Shown here: positions 52,828 through 64,000 of the stretch, piece by piece
Layout of the letters: each line of letters begins with the position of its first letter
How positions within the stretch are numbered: the first letter of the stretch is position 1
From: Harriotta raleighana
Taxonomy: Eukaryota
NCBI GenBank assembly: GCA_050575255.1
Contig: JBNZDD010013722.1
Location: 268,386-332,385, forward strand
Length of the DNA: 64,000 bases
Direction of reading: 5' to 3'
The notes under the pieces: model-generated
The model's input: only the letters and a program-made list of their open reading frames with translations
Database searches by the model: none
What the model was told of the DNA's origin: nothing
Translations under genes and position numbers: made by a program

Positions 52828-54355
52828 ACAACAACAAAAACAAAATTACACATATAGTGCCTTTCACTTCAGGAGTACATCCCAAGGCATTGGGCAGTCA
52901 TTGTTTCAGACCTAAGATGGGTTCCAGGATGGGAAGATGGAGGGAAAGGGAGGGATTGACCGATGGGACTGTCGAAGAGGAGGATCTTGAGGCGGGACTT
53001 GTCGGAGGCCAGGGAGGGGGTAAGGTCGATGGATTATGGGATGGAGTGCCACAGGTAAGGGGCAGAGTGGCTGAAGTCTTGCCAGCCAATGGTGGGGTGG
53101 GTGGGTTGGTGGATATGAAGCAGGCCTGAGCCTGCTGAGCAGAGTGGGCAGGCTGGTTGGTAGGTGGTTAGGGGGCTGTAGAGGTAGGATAGTGTAAGGC
53201 CATGGTGGACTTTGAATATGAGGACCAGGATCCTGAATTTAATCCTCTGGGTGATGGGGAGCCAATGGAGTTGGGCAAATATAGGGGAGATGGGATAACA
53301 AAGCTTGGAGCAGTAGAGGACATGAGTCGCAGAGTTCTGGATTATCAGCAGCCTATGGAGGGAGGAATTGGGAAAGCCGACAAGCAGGGTGTTGGCGTAA
53401 TGGAGCCTGCATGTGATGAAGGCATGAATGAAGGTTTCGATGGCCTGAAGAGTGAGGTAGTGGCAAAGTCAGACAATATTGTGGAGGTGAGGAGAGACAG
53501 AGTGGGTCTAAGCTTGCATGTGAAGGAGGAGACACAGTTGAGAATTGAATAAGACACCTAGGTTCCTAACTGGCTTGGTGAGGTTGAGTGTGCAACCATA
53601 GATGTTGATGCTGGCAGTGCCTGATGTATGAAGGTGCTGGTATGAGCCAATTAGGAGGGCCTCAGTCTTGTTCACATTGAACTGTAGAAAGTTAGCTCTC
53701 ATCCAGGACTTGGTCATGAAGTCAAGGGTAGACCCAGAAAGATAGAGTGGGTATCATCCGCATACATATGGAGGTTGACCCCATGTCTGCGGATGATGTC
53801 AACAAGGGGGAGCATGTACGTTAAAAAGTAGGGGGCCAACGACAGAACAACAGAGCTCTGGGGGACGCCACAAGTGACAGTGTGGGGACTGAAAGAGAAG
53901 CCTTTGGTGGCGACAAAGTGGAGACGGTTAGAAAGGTAGGAATCAAACCAGGTGAGGCAGGTCCATGAAGATTGAGCTGGGAGGAGAGGCGGTGGAGGAG
54001 GATGGAATNGCTGAAAGAGAAGCCTTTGGTGGCAACAAAGTGGAGACGGTTAGAAAGGTAGGAATCAAACCAGGTGAGGGCAGGTCCAGGAAGATTGAGC
54101 TGGGAGGAGAGGCGGTGGAGGAGGATGGAATGGTTGACAGTGTTGAAGGCAGCAGAGAGGTCAAGGAGGACAAAGTGGCAGAGAGAGCCCTGATCACAGA
54201 TCACAAAATGTCATTAGAGACTTTGACCAGGGCTGTCTTTGTGCTATGGGCAGCACGGAAGCTGAATTGTAGGGTTTTGAAGAGGGAATGGCATGAGAGA
54301 AAAGAGAGAAGCTGGGAAGCATCGATTCATTCCAGGGCCTTAGAGAGGAATGAAT
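52828..54355 (-). mobile_element. 5'-truncated L2 LINE (RT domain to tail), frameshifted
   Basis: Relics VLLDLSAAFNTVNHSILL, MYADD, FLQFNVNKTEALL, VRNLGVLF; tail at 52828-52850. Confidence 0.95.
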
Positions 54356-56137
54356 CTGGGAATATAATTCAAACTCTTTAGATAAACAGCAGAGTTAACT
54401 TTCAAAATTGTTCAAGGAGCGAAAGACTTAACAAGTGACAAAGTAAGGAATATGGTATTACTATCACGCTGCTTATCGGATCCAAATCCCTGATTATCCA
54501 GCACCTTGGGATTTCCTCCTGATATGAAAGGCACTATAAAAAGTAATTTTGTACTTTATTGGTAAACATTATTGCTTGTTGTGTGTCATAATGAATCAGC
54601 TGAAACATTTATTGGGGGGAGTGTGGAGGAATGAAGGTGGGTGACAGCTGGGTGTCTGGAATATTACCACACGTAGGAGTGTTCAAATAGGACTGAGAGA
54701 TCCACATACATATGTTACCTGCACATGGATGTTTCCCTTTGCCAGAATGGAATGTACATTCTCTCCCTGGAGGCACGCCCCCTGAATACCTAATTCCAGA
54801 GAGTATTAGGCGCAGATTGGCAAGAGCAATGGCTTGGGGGCAGAGCATATATCAGGATACTGCTGGAGTCTAAAACAGCTAAACCTTCGTAGCCTTCCAT
54901 TGAATAAACTGGCTAGCAAGCATTCCTGTTGCTTGTCTGGCTAAGACCACTCTAGCCATTACGGTTGTGGCTTGCAAGTTTAATGGGATCTGAGTAATAA
55001 GAATCATTGCTTTCAATAATTAAAAAGGTTAATTTAATTTTCAATTCAATATGAAGGTTCTTCACTTCTGAAAATGAGACACATCCACACAGCAAATGTA
55101 AGAGTGAGTTGCCATTTATTTTGTGGAGACACCATGAAGCAACAACTGAAATAGACAACGGATTCACAGGTGGTTGGTACGCAAGCATTGTGAATTTTTC
55201 TTCATTTAGTCCCAGGTGAAAGCTTCACTTGCTGAAACGAGAAGGGTACTGACTTGCGGGTGGGGGTTGGTGGGGGAATCTATACGAAACTTTAAAAGCT
55301 GAACATGACATCCTTTGAAATACTGCATTCAAAAGCATTGGGTCGCACACCTCCCCGTTTATGTTTGTTGGTTATGAAAAGCAAAAGATCCTGTGCGATT
55401 GTGACATTTGAAAAGCCTTAGGAGAAAATGTAACAAAACTGAAGCCTTATTGAAGTCACAAAGAGAGGAAGAACGAACAAATGACAAAGTGAGGAGTGTG
55501 ATATTCGAAGGAACTCACACAGCATCTGACATTTTGATTTAGACAGACAACTAAAATGTCACAGGCTGAAATATGGACTGTTTGTTTCCTGGTAAAGCAG
55601 AAGCACAGAATACTATTCCAATGTCTGAATTGTGTTATAATTTAGAAAAAAACAGGAATACCGATACAATTCATTTCTGTCGTAACCAACTCCATCACCA
55701 ACTCCTCAAACAGTGCTCAGAGGCAAACTATGTGTTATAAGTTGGTAGAACATCACCAGTACATTAATGCAGTTCAAGAAATGCATCACACCCTCAGGAC
55801 TCCATTGGAGTGTCAGCCAAGAGTTGCTGAAGATGCATCAATGTTCAGTGACATTTCCCAGACACTTTTCTTCTCACCTCTGCAGTGTACTTGTTTCATC
55901 ACATACTGATCCATCATCTACCTAACCCTCTGAGGTGCCTTAATCTGCATGGTATTAATAGTGCTTGATGCAAATGTTGGATTGTTATCCAGAAGGTTTT
56001 TATGGGGACGAGGATATCACCACTACAGCCATCATAGATAACAGATTGAAAGGTTATTTGAAAACCAGCAATATGGGAAAAACTCTTAATTAGTGACTAT
56101 CTTGCTTTGGGGAGAGGATAGACAGGGTCTTCTTGGA

Positions 56138-56560
56138 GCTGAACTGGTTCTAAAGTGATGAAGTATGTCAGAATCGAGCCAATCCTCTGTGGCAACCTCA
56201 GTAGTCTAGTTCCTTAACCACGCGGTTTTGTAATGCTCCAGCTCACCACTGATCTCAGACCAGCCAGTCTGATTCATTGATAGGTCATGGAAGGGGAGAC
56301 AGTCACTTGAGGGCAAGCATTCTATCCACTCAGCTTCTGTCAATCCTGCTAGTCAAAGTCGTAAAAGGAGATTTGTCAGATAATATTTTACAAACTACAG
56401 TATGCGGTTTTAGCTGGTTAAACTCCAGCAGTATCCCAAAGCACACTGTGGTCCCCAAGCATTGGCTCTTGCCAACATGTGCCTAATAGTATTTAAAATT
56501 AGGAAAGCAAGGTACATCCTTCCAGGAAGAGAGTGCATAGCATGTTCTTGTAGTTCTTGT
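56138..56560 (+). repeat. Unclassified ancient interspersed repeat (copy 2)
   Basis: Collinear with 26225-26790. Partial inverted copies at about 52690-52816 and 54745-54885; fragment at about 58275-58335. Confidence 0.7.
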
Positions 56561-56629
56561 AGAATTCCATTCCAGACACAGGGAAATGTCCATATGTAGG
56601 TGGCATAAATAAAGTATAGAGGATAACTG

Positions 56630-57022
56630 AAAATCGAAGTAAGAGGAGCAAAAGATTGAATGAGAAAAGATTAATAGATCTTCGGTTACTGAAGTAAGGG
56701 TGGAAATAATAGAGGCTCTGGCCACAGTCTTTCAATCATCCTTCGACACTGGGGTGATGCCAGAGGACTGGAGGGTTGAAAATGTAAACGCAAATCATGA
56801 CTAACCAACTTGATAGAGTATTTTTGATAAAATAACAGAGTGGGTGAATAAAGGTAGTGCAGTTAATATAATTTATATAGATTTCCAAAAAGCATCTGAT
56901 AAAGTGTCACGTAAGAGAGTGGGGAGTGGGATTGATTTGGACAACTCTCTTTTCAAAGAGCCATCACAGACACGATGGGCCAATTGGCCTCTTTCTGTGA
57001 TGTGTAATTCTATGATTCTGTG
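56630..57022 (+). mobile_element. Internally deleted CR1 LINE relic
   Basis: EALATVFQSSFDTGVMPEDWRVENV is joined to LTNLIE...IYIDFQKASDKV and then directly to a 3'UTR with an ATTCTATGATTCTGTG tail. Confidence 0.85.
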
Positions 57023-57519
57023 ATATGTGGAGTTCTTAGTCTGAAATGGATACTCTTCAGCATGGTGATGGGTTTCTGCTTATATCAGTCATCTGGTAGA
57101 CCAAACACCCCACTTATTTTCATTTTCTCAAGATTAATTGAATGCTCTACAGTTTATCTATGTAATGGAAATTGCACTCAGATGGTTAATAAACTGTATT
57201 GATTGTCCATTTCGCTTGTACTTATTGGTATCAGTTCCTGCAGTGAGTGATGATTTTTCAGTTCTGATATAGGGTTACACCCAAAGCCTGAATATTTCTT
57301 ATAGTTTCAGATGGTAATTGACCTGCTGTGCATTGGCAGCAATTTCTATGCTTTCTTTCAAGTTTTTCTACTGGGATTATTTTCATGTCATTTGCATATG
57401 CTGCGTATCACTTTCACATGTGCCATAGTCTTAAGTAACTGCCTACATAAAACGTACTTTCCATTTCAATTTAGACTGCAGTGCATCGGATTAAAAGGAA
57501 AGCTAGGGTACTGGTCTAT

Positions 57520-57990
57520 GTTATCAAATAAAGGGAATTCAGATCTCTAGAAGTCACGTTCAAATTGTACAATGCTCTTGCCAAACAGCAGTTCTTGTCA
57601 CTATGACATAAGGGGACTGTCTCTAGAGGGAATGAGGGAGCGATCAACTAGGATGCATCCCTAGTGTTAGATGGAACAGCTTGGAACAATGCTTAGATAA
57701 GATAGACATCTCGAGGGAATCTTATAGAAATGTATGAGTTTAATTGGGTTTCGAAAATAAACTCAAACCAATACTTTCAAGGTAGAATATGACATAGTTT
57801 CAGGGTTATAAGAGAAGTTTCAGGACAAATCAGTATGTTTTTTTTATGAGGAGTGTAATTAACAACTGGAACATTCCCAGGAAGCATGGTTAAGGCTACT
57901 GCATTAGACATTTAAAAAAAATCTAGATACTCTATTGAGAAGATATATTGTATGCCGTTGGTTAGGTATTCTATAAAGATGAGATCAAAT
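57520..57990 (+). mobile_element. Degraded CR1 3' fragment
   Basis: GAGGGAATCTTATAGAAATGTAT and GTAATTAACAACTGGAAC motifs of CR1 ORF2 ends. Confidence 0.6.
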
Positions 57991-60794
57991 AGGCACTTCT
58001 TCACTCAAAGCTCCCTTGCGAATTTATGACTGAGCAGGCTTCCATGTGATATGCCTTTCAATGGTACATTGAAATAGAGTTGATCCTGTGTGATGGTTTG
58101 ATTCCTGTGCTGGATGAATCTGAAGCCCTTCAAGACTCAAGCTTTGGGGAGGGGTAGTGTAGGGGGGAGGGGAGGGAGAGCGATGGAAGGGCAGGCTCGA
58201 TCGAAAGGAGGGTCTTGAGACTGGCCTTGAAGGAGGCAAGGGAGGAAGCAAAGCGACTCTTGTGAATGTGTGCATAATAATCTCCAGAATTAGGAAAACA
58301 AGATACATCCATCCAGGGATTAAGTAGATACTCCATTCGATTTGCAGGAAAATTTCCGTGCATATCTTGTGTCCAAATAACATTCAATCTGTATGGATGC
58401 TCTTAAGCATGGTAATGGGTTCCTGTTTGTATTAGTTATCCAGCTAGATATCCTCCAAAAATTAGAAATCCATTTATCTTTGGTGTCACTTTTTTCAGTG
58501 AACAACAATACAAAAACAAAATTACACTGTAGAGTGCCTTTCATGTCGAGAGGACGTCCCAAGGCCAGACAATATTCTGGGCCCGAGCTGGAGAAGGAAG
58601 TTCTTTTGCACGCATTGTGTTTCAATCAATCATGATTGATCATCCCCAGAATAAAAAGAACTCTCTATCCAAGGAATCAGTATTAAAATGAGAATGTCTG
58701 AAAGAACTTGCCTAAAATGAGATGGATGCATGTTCTAAGTATGCAAATTCACTGAATTCTAATTTAATTAGCTCTGAATTCTAATTTAATTTTGCTATTC
58801 ATAAGGAATGTGGACTTTGTTAACCAGAGTGTTAAAGGAAAGAAAAAATCCAGTTAAAGCAAAGTTAATGAAAACAGTTGACAAAGTCAAATAATATAAG
58901 AAACCTTGCACTTGATATCGTGCCTTGTTACATCATTGGTACATCTGAAAGCACTTCGCAGGATTTATTCTGAAATGCAGTCACTCTGCATTTTGTAGGG
59001 AAACACAGCAGGCAATTTGGGGACAGCAAAGTTGCAAAACCAGCCATAAATCAATGACTAATTTTACTTGCTCCCATTCAACCATCTGAAATGAAATTTA
59101 AAACAATGAAAAATAGTCTTGTTTGGAACTGTTTACTATAAAGGCGTTTGCTTTTAATGCAGACAATAGTAACTTCCGTAGAATACTTTATTCATAATCA
59201 TGTATGAATGTATAATCATCTTGAGTTTACTGGTTGATGAAAGCTACAAAGCGATCGCTGTGTTTTTTTTTGCAATGCTTCAAAAATAGACAGACCTTTC
59301 CCAGTACATCTGGGAATAATGATCCTTTTTTTAGATCTTTCCTTGTTGGCAGTGAATGGCAAGGTGTAGCTGTGTTAGTCTACAAGGTGCTATCATACTT
59401 GCTAAAGTGGGCCAGGTACACCTTGAAAAAATGACAAATTAACCACGGGGTGGATTGTATTCAGCTGCCTCATCCCTTAGGCATCAATGTCAGGATGTAA
59501 CTGTACTGGAAATTTCCGATTCAGGACGCACCATCTCATTTCAGCATCTGGGTCAAGTACATAATATATTTCAAACTAATGCTGGTTGATGCACTGATTT
59601 CACATTGAAGAAACATAATCTGATTATCGTATTATTGTGCTGGTGCATGTTGATCACAAATGGCGTGATTTCTCTCTTGTACCATCTATGGAATTTATTT
59701 TACTCATACCTTCCTTTGGTCATTTCCAGTTCATTTGTTTGCTTACAAATATGCAGTCACTACATTTTGCAATATATCCTATGAGGCATCCTCTAATCAT
59801 AAAAGGTACCTGTAACAATGTAAGGATTTCATTTTCATTCTTCTTTATCCTCCTCTATTCATTTAGCAATATTTAGTTTAGCAATATTAATCATAATACT
59901 GTACTTGCATTTGATGTAGGGCCTTAAGCACTCTGAGACGCCATTCAGCGTGGAGGGCGCTATATAAATCAAAGTTGTTGTTGTTATCACATTGTTCAAA
60001 AGCTCTTCACAGGATTCACTCTAAGTGTTTCAACTGTGTATTTTATGAACACAGGAGCCGATTTTTCATATCGATGTTCTACAAACAGCCAGGAAACAAA
60101 TCACCAATTTTATTTATGGGGGAGGGTTGATATTTATTTGGCCAGTTCCAATTGTGCCTTTGGGCAACTGAGAGATAAGCAATCTGAGATTCAACTTTGC
60201 ATGAAAGATGCTATGTAAATACAGCATTTGTTTTTGCAGCTGAGACTAACCAGATGTTTTAAAACATATCATTTTTAATCTTAGATAATTCATAATTTCT
60301 CATATATATATCTCTATCTTTAAAATTAAATTCCTCTTTATGCGTATGTAATTCTATAAATTTATAGATTCCTTACTAAGTTTTCGATATATGTGGTGAA
60401 AATAGCTATTTATAAAAATGGATTCTATTAATAAATATCTGTTTTTTTTCATATAGTGCATATATAATCTCTTTGAATCCTTAGCAATAATGCCACATTA
60501 GAACTGAACCTGAAATACGTAGCAAAAATCTTTACTCTTCTTTTCATTTTTATATTGAAACGTACGGTACCAGACTCCGTGATCTACATTAATGCTCCAG
60601 AATAGTGAAGGCTAAATACAGTATAGGGAAGCTAATGGGTTATGATCTACTTTTCAGATTGTAGGACGAAAGCACTTTAGCTTAAGCTTTTAATGTTTCA
60701 GTCAATACAAATGAATTCTAAGCTTTTCTATTTTTCGTTCAACAACGACTAACGCATCCTTAATTCCAGAAAAGACGAAGGAATTTACTGCATA

Positions 60795-60805
60795 TTTATT
60801 TTATT
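60795..60805 (-). terminator. Candidate KCNV1 polyadenylation signals (two overlapping AATAAA)
   Basis: Minus strand AATAAAATAAA about 1.07 kb after the stop codon, followed by a T-rich stretch. Other AATAAA sites lie further downstream. Confidence 0.35.
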
Positions 60806-61329
60806 CAGATGTCAAAAACATAAACTTATCAAAGGTACAGATGCATGATTGTCACCACTCCTTCATATCATTATTCTGCTTCCCAGAATGTTTTTTTTAG
60901 GGCAGAACAAGTTCCATCCATGCATAGCTTATTTCATTTCATTATAAAAAATAAGTCCTTTTTAATTTTAAGTATTTGGTTTACTGCAATAACAACAGAA
61001 GCATTCAGCACTCACAGAACATTGGTTACACAGCATTGGGTAAAGCCTCTGACCTTTGGTATCTATCCTGATTTGCAAATTCTAACACAAATCTATCTAC
61101 AGTATTTGTTTTCAGACTATCAATAACTATTTGCTAACAAAAATTAAACAAACATAGGAAAGCCGTCAAATTAATCTGCGCACAAAAACTGGACAGTTTC
61201 TAATAAATACAAGTTCTACAATAAATAAATGAGAAAATACATTGCACATATATTTAATTCAGTAAATTAAGAATTCTTATGAGCATCCATCCTCAGTTAA
61301 AGCTGCAGTGCTTCCCAATTTAACATTTG

Positions 61330-61660
61330 TGTTTCAAAAGTACAGTTTTTTCGAGACACAGTTAATGGAATCTCTCACACAACAACATCCCACAAGCAGC
61401 CATTAAAAGAGCGACCAATTTTATCTGGAGGATTGAAACTCCCTTCCTTTTTTGAATGGTGCCATGGGATCTTAAAGTGCCTTGGGACATCCTCCCGATG
61501 TGAAAGGCATTCTATAAATGTAATTTTGTTTTATTTTTGTTGTTAAGCATCTGCCTGAAATGGCAATGGGACCTCGGTTTAACCTTCATCAAAAGGACAG
61601 TATGTTGCTGCATTTCAACCCACAATTCTCTGACTCAGTCAAAAGTACTACTGAGTCAGA
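61330..61660 (-). mobile_element. Old Deu-SINE with a nested L2 tail inside the presumed KCNV1 3'UTR
   Basis: Deu motifs, plus GTGCCTTGGGACATCC...TGAAAGGCATT tail at about 61477-61545. Confidence 0.6.
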
Positions 61661-61871
61661 CTGACATGTGCAGTATTCATTTAATCAAATTTAGGAGCAA
61701 AAAACATTTTGAATTGTTTTCAGATCACCTTATGGATAATTGCACGTAATTCAAACGCAGTTTTGAAATTTTGATGCATTGCAGCTTTCAATAAGGTATA
61801 CAAACAACACAATAGCTTCAATATGTTTATACCAGGAACAAATTATTCATTTAGAGAAGATACCGGGTAGG

Positions 61872-62380
61872 TCACCATATGTCATCCTCGGCACTGCTTC
61901 TTGTACTTTCCCTTTCGCGGTTCTTTATCCGCAACATTTCCATAATACTACGGGCGTAAATGTCCCTCAGGTTAATGTTGATGGCAGTATCGGAAATTGA
62001 ATTCTTGGAGAGTTTCTTCAGAGCTTCACGGTGACGCAGGGCTGCTTCTTTCATCTTAAGGGTAAAGTAGCATGAGGAAAACCTGTCGTTTATGATAGCT
62101 ATGGGCAGTGACAAAACCAAAATGCCAGTCAGAATGCACAAAAAGGCTACTATCTTCCCGACTGTGGTTTCAGGTCGAATGTCTCCATAGCCTACAGTGG
62201 TCATGGATGTGGTCGCCCACCACCATGCACAGGGGACACTGGAGAAGGTTGTGTCAGGGACAGTGTGCTCCACAGCGTACTCCACTGTGGAGAAAATAGA
62301 TATGCCCACTGACAGAAACAGCAGGAGCATTCCAACCTCCTCATAGCATAGGGCGATGGTCATTCCGAGAGACCTCAGTC
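61872..62380 (-). CDS. KCNV1: Terminal coding exon of voltage-gated K+ channel modifier subunit Kv8.1 (S5-pore-S6-C terminus)
   Basis: Translation GLRSLGMTIALCYEEVG...WWWATTSMTTVGYGDIRP...LPIAIINDRFS...NLRDIYARSIMEMLR...STRSSAEDDIW* is recognisably Kv8.1. Acceptor TCTTCTGCAG| at 62381 (phase 1). Upstream exons lie outside the window. Confidence 0.95.
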
Positions 62381-62549
62381 CTGCAGAAGAACACATAATA
62401 AAGCAATAATTATCAAATACTGTATCCAGGTTGTAAGTTCTGTAATTAATGTGTCAAATTAATATCTCATTTATACTAACAATATGTGTATTTTTGAGAC
62501 AAGTGACTGGCTTCGCAGTGATGGGAGCTGGTTAGGGCTGATTATGAGC

Positions 62550-63280
62550 ACTACATCTCTGCAAATGGCTTTTCCTCTCACTTTCGCCCGAGCACCTGCG
62601 GGGTATCCCAAGGATCACTCCTTGGTCCTATTCTCTTCCTCATGTACATGTTCCCTCTTGCTGATGTCATCTGCAGATATGGAGTAAACTTCTGCATGTA
62701 TGCAGATTTCACTCAAATCTACTTTTCCACCTCAAATTGTGACCCCCCCCCCCAGTCCCCTGATGTTGTGTCAGCTTGTCTGATGATGAGCGCAAAATTC
62801 CTGCAATTAAACGTTGACAAAAGTCATACTCTCACCTCCTCCACCTACCCGACCTGCACCTGAAACTCTTCAAACCCGTATGCAACCTAAGCGTCAGGTT
62901 CGACCTCCTTCCTCCCCCATATCCAGTCCTTCACCATCACCGCCTTCTTCCATCTCCGCCACATCGCCCATCTCTGCCAATATCTCACCTCAAAAGCTGC
63001 TGAAACCCTGGTCTGCCGTAGTCACCTCTCGGCTGGACTACTCCAACACCCACCTCACTGTCTCCCTTCTGCCACCAGTCATAAAATCCAGCTCATAGAG
63101 AACTCCACCACCCGCATTCTCACCCAAACCAAACTTCGCTCCCCGATTAACCCAGTCTTCGACAGACTTCACTGGCTCCTTGACACAGAGTGGATCAACT
63201 TCAAGATCCTCACTCTTGTGTTTAAATCCACCCATGCCTCTGCATCCCCCTACCTCTCTAACTTCCTCTGTCCTCACAAG
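62550..63280 (+). mobile_element. Degraded L2 LINE RT fragment in the last KCNV1 intron (antisense to the gene)
   Basis: Relics GYPKDHSL, FCMYADFTQIY, FLQLNVDKS, VTSRLDYSN. Confidence 0.85.
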
Positions 63281-64000
63281 TGTAACCGATGAAGAAGAGA
63301 GACACTCCACAATCAATGGGAAAGAAGAGGGAGAAGTAAAGCTCAAGACTAAGACTTAGACCACTGTCAACACCTTTATTGACGCTCTCAAACTAAGCAA
63401 CAGTGCGTGAATATCGTTTTGCTGATTGAACAGCCAGCTGTGTGGCAGTACCTCAGTACATTTTGGTGGATATTAAATCAATAGAATTGCACTTTACTTC
63501 TCCATCTCTTTTGCAACATTGGTTTGGTCACCGTAACCGTTGAGAGAATCAAACAGGGATACATAAGAATTATTGTATTGTATTCTTTTAATCACCAATA
63601 GTATTACTAATCTGAATTAATAAACATTTATATTTGTTTTGTACAACATTTGTGTGAATCTGAACTTCACCTCAGGGTTGTGCATTAAATTGACCCTTAC
63701 AAGGTCTAATTTGCACAAGATGGTGGGAAAAGATAGGTTGAGATTATTCACAGATTTTTGATAGCTGTAACATATCCGAGGAGTGAGCTGACACTGAGTA
63801 AACCACTTGAGGTTGATGTTGTTATCTGAATGGAAGTAAGCTGTCCCTCCTACCTTTATCCTGTATTTAAATTCACTTCAAAGTTAACTAATTTCACTGA
63901 ATCTTTTATTGATTCTATTTATCAATGGTAATTGGTGGATAAATTTACCAAAAGAGGGCTAAAATCTGCACTTGTTAGATTTAGATTGACCAATTAGTGG

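Noticed and set aside
33256-54130. Further tandem duplications centred on single Ns (33373, 33802, 37329, 41540, 41774, 43332, 43525, 54009)
   Set aside because: Same assembly artefact; the small differences between copies look allelic rather than paralogous.
7778-59890. Short perfect direct repeats of 11-17 bp (near 7778, 41020, 51538, 58753, 59862)
   Set aside because: Ordinary slippage micro-duplications with no shared sequence or pattern.
61860-61874. Possible stop-codon readthrough at the KCNV1 TGA
   Set aside because: The context is TGA-CCTA, not the TGA-CTAG readthrough motif; no other support.
62381-62396. Start codon assigned to the KCNV1 ORF in the track (MCSSA)
   Set aside because: Intronic sequence upstream of the splice acceptor; the real start is in exons outside the window.

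Overview
Repeat-rich vertebrate genomic DNA from a draft assembly, with two N-gaps and about 13 single-N joins. The repeat content (tRNA-headed Deu-core SINEs with L2-type tails, L2 and CR1 LINE relics, Penelope-type fold-back repeats) points to a cartilaginous fish, possibly a holocephalan; this is inference. Only two genes are supported, both on the minus strand. The terminal coding exon of KCNV1 (Kv8.1) is at 61872-62380. The likely 5' end of SYBU (syntabulin) lies at the left edge, with a first coding mini-exon MGPFNEYHK at 1630-1656 and candidate alternative/UTR exons at 227-253 and 16399-16500. This matches the KCNV1-SYBU order in human. Nearly all other ORFs in the track are LINE relics or noise. 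I found no convincing new multi-gene biological system. The most notable unannotated structures are: an endogenous-retrovirus remnant with a tRNA-Arg PBS and an alternating-orientation motif array; a second, unrelated LTR with a PPT and fold-back junction; a hAT MITE in the loop of a perfect SINE-head hairpin; a fold-back repeat with hammerhead-like cores on both strands; an unclassified ancient ~450-bp repeat family; and a probable heterozygous SINE insertion. All alignments were done by eye and repeat boundaries are approximate.
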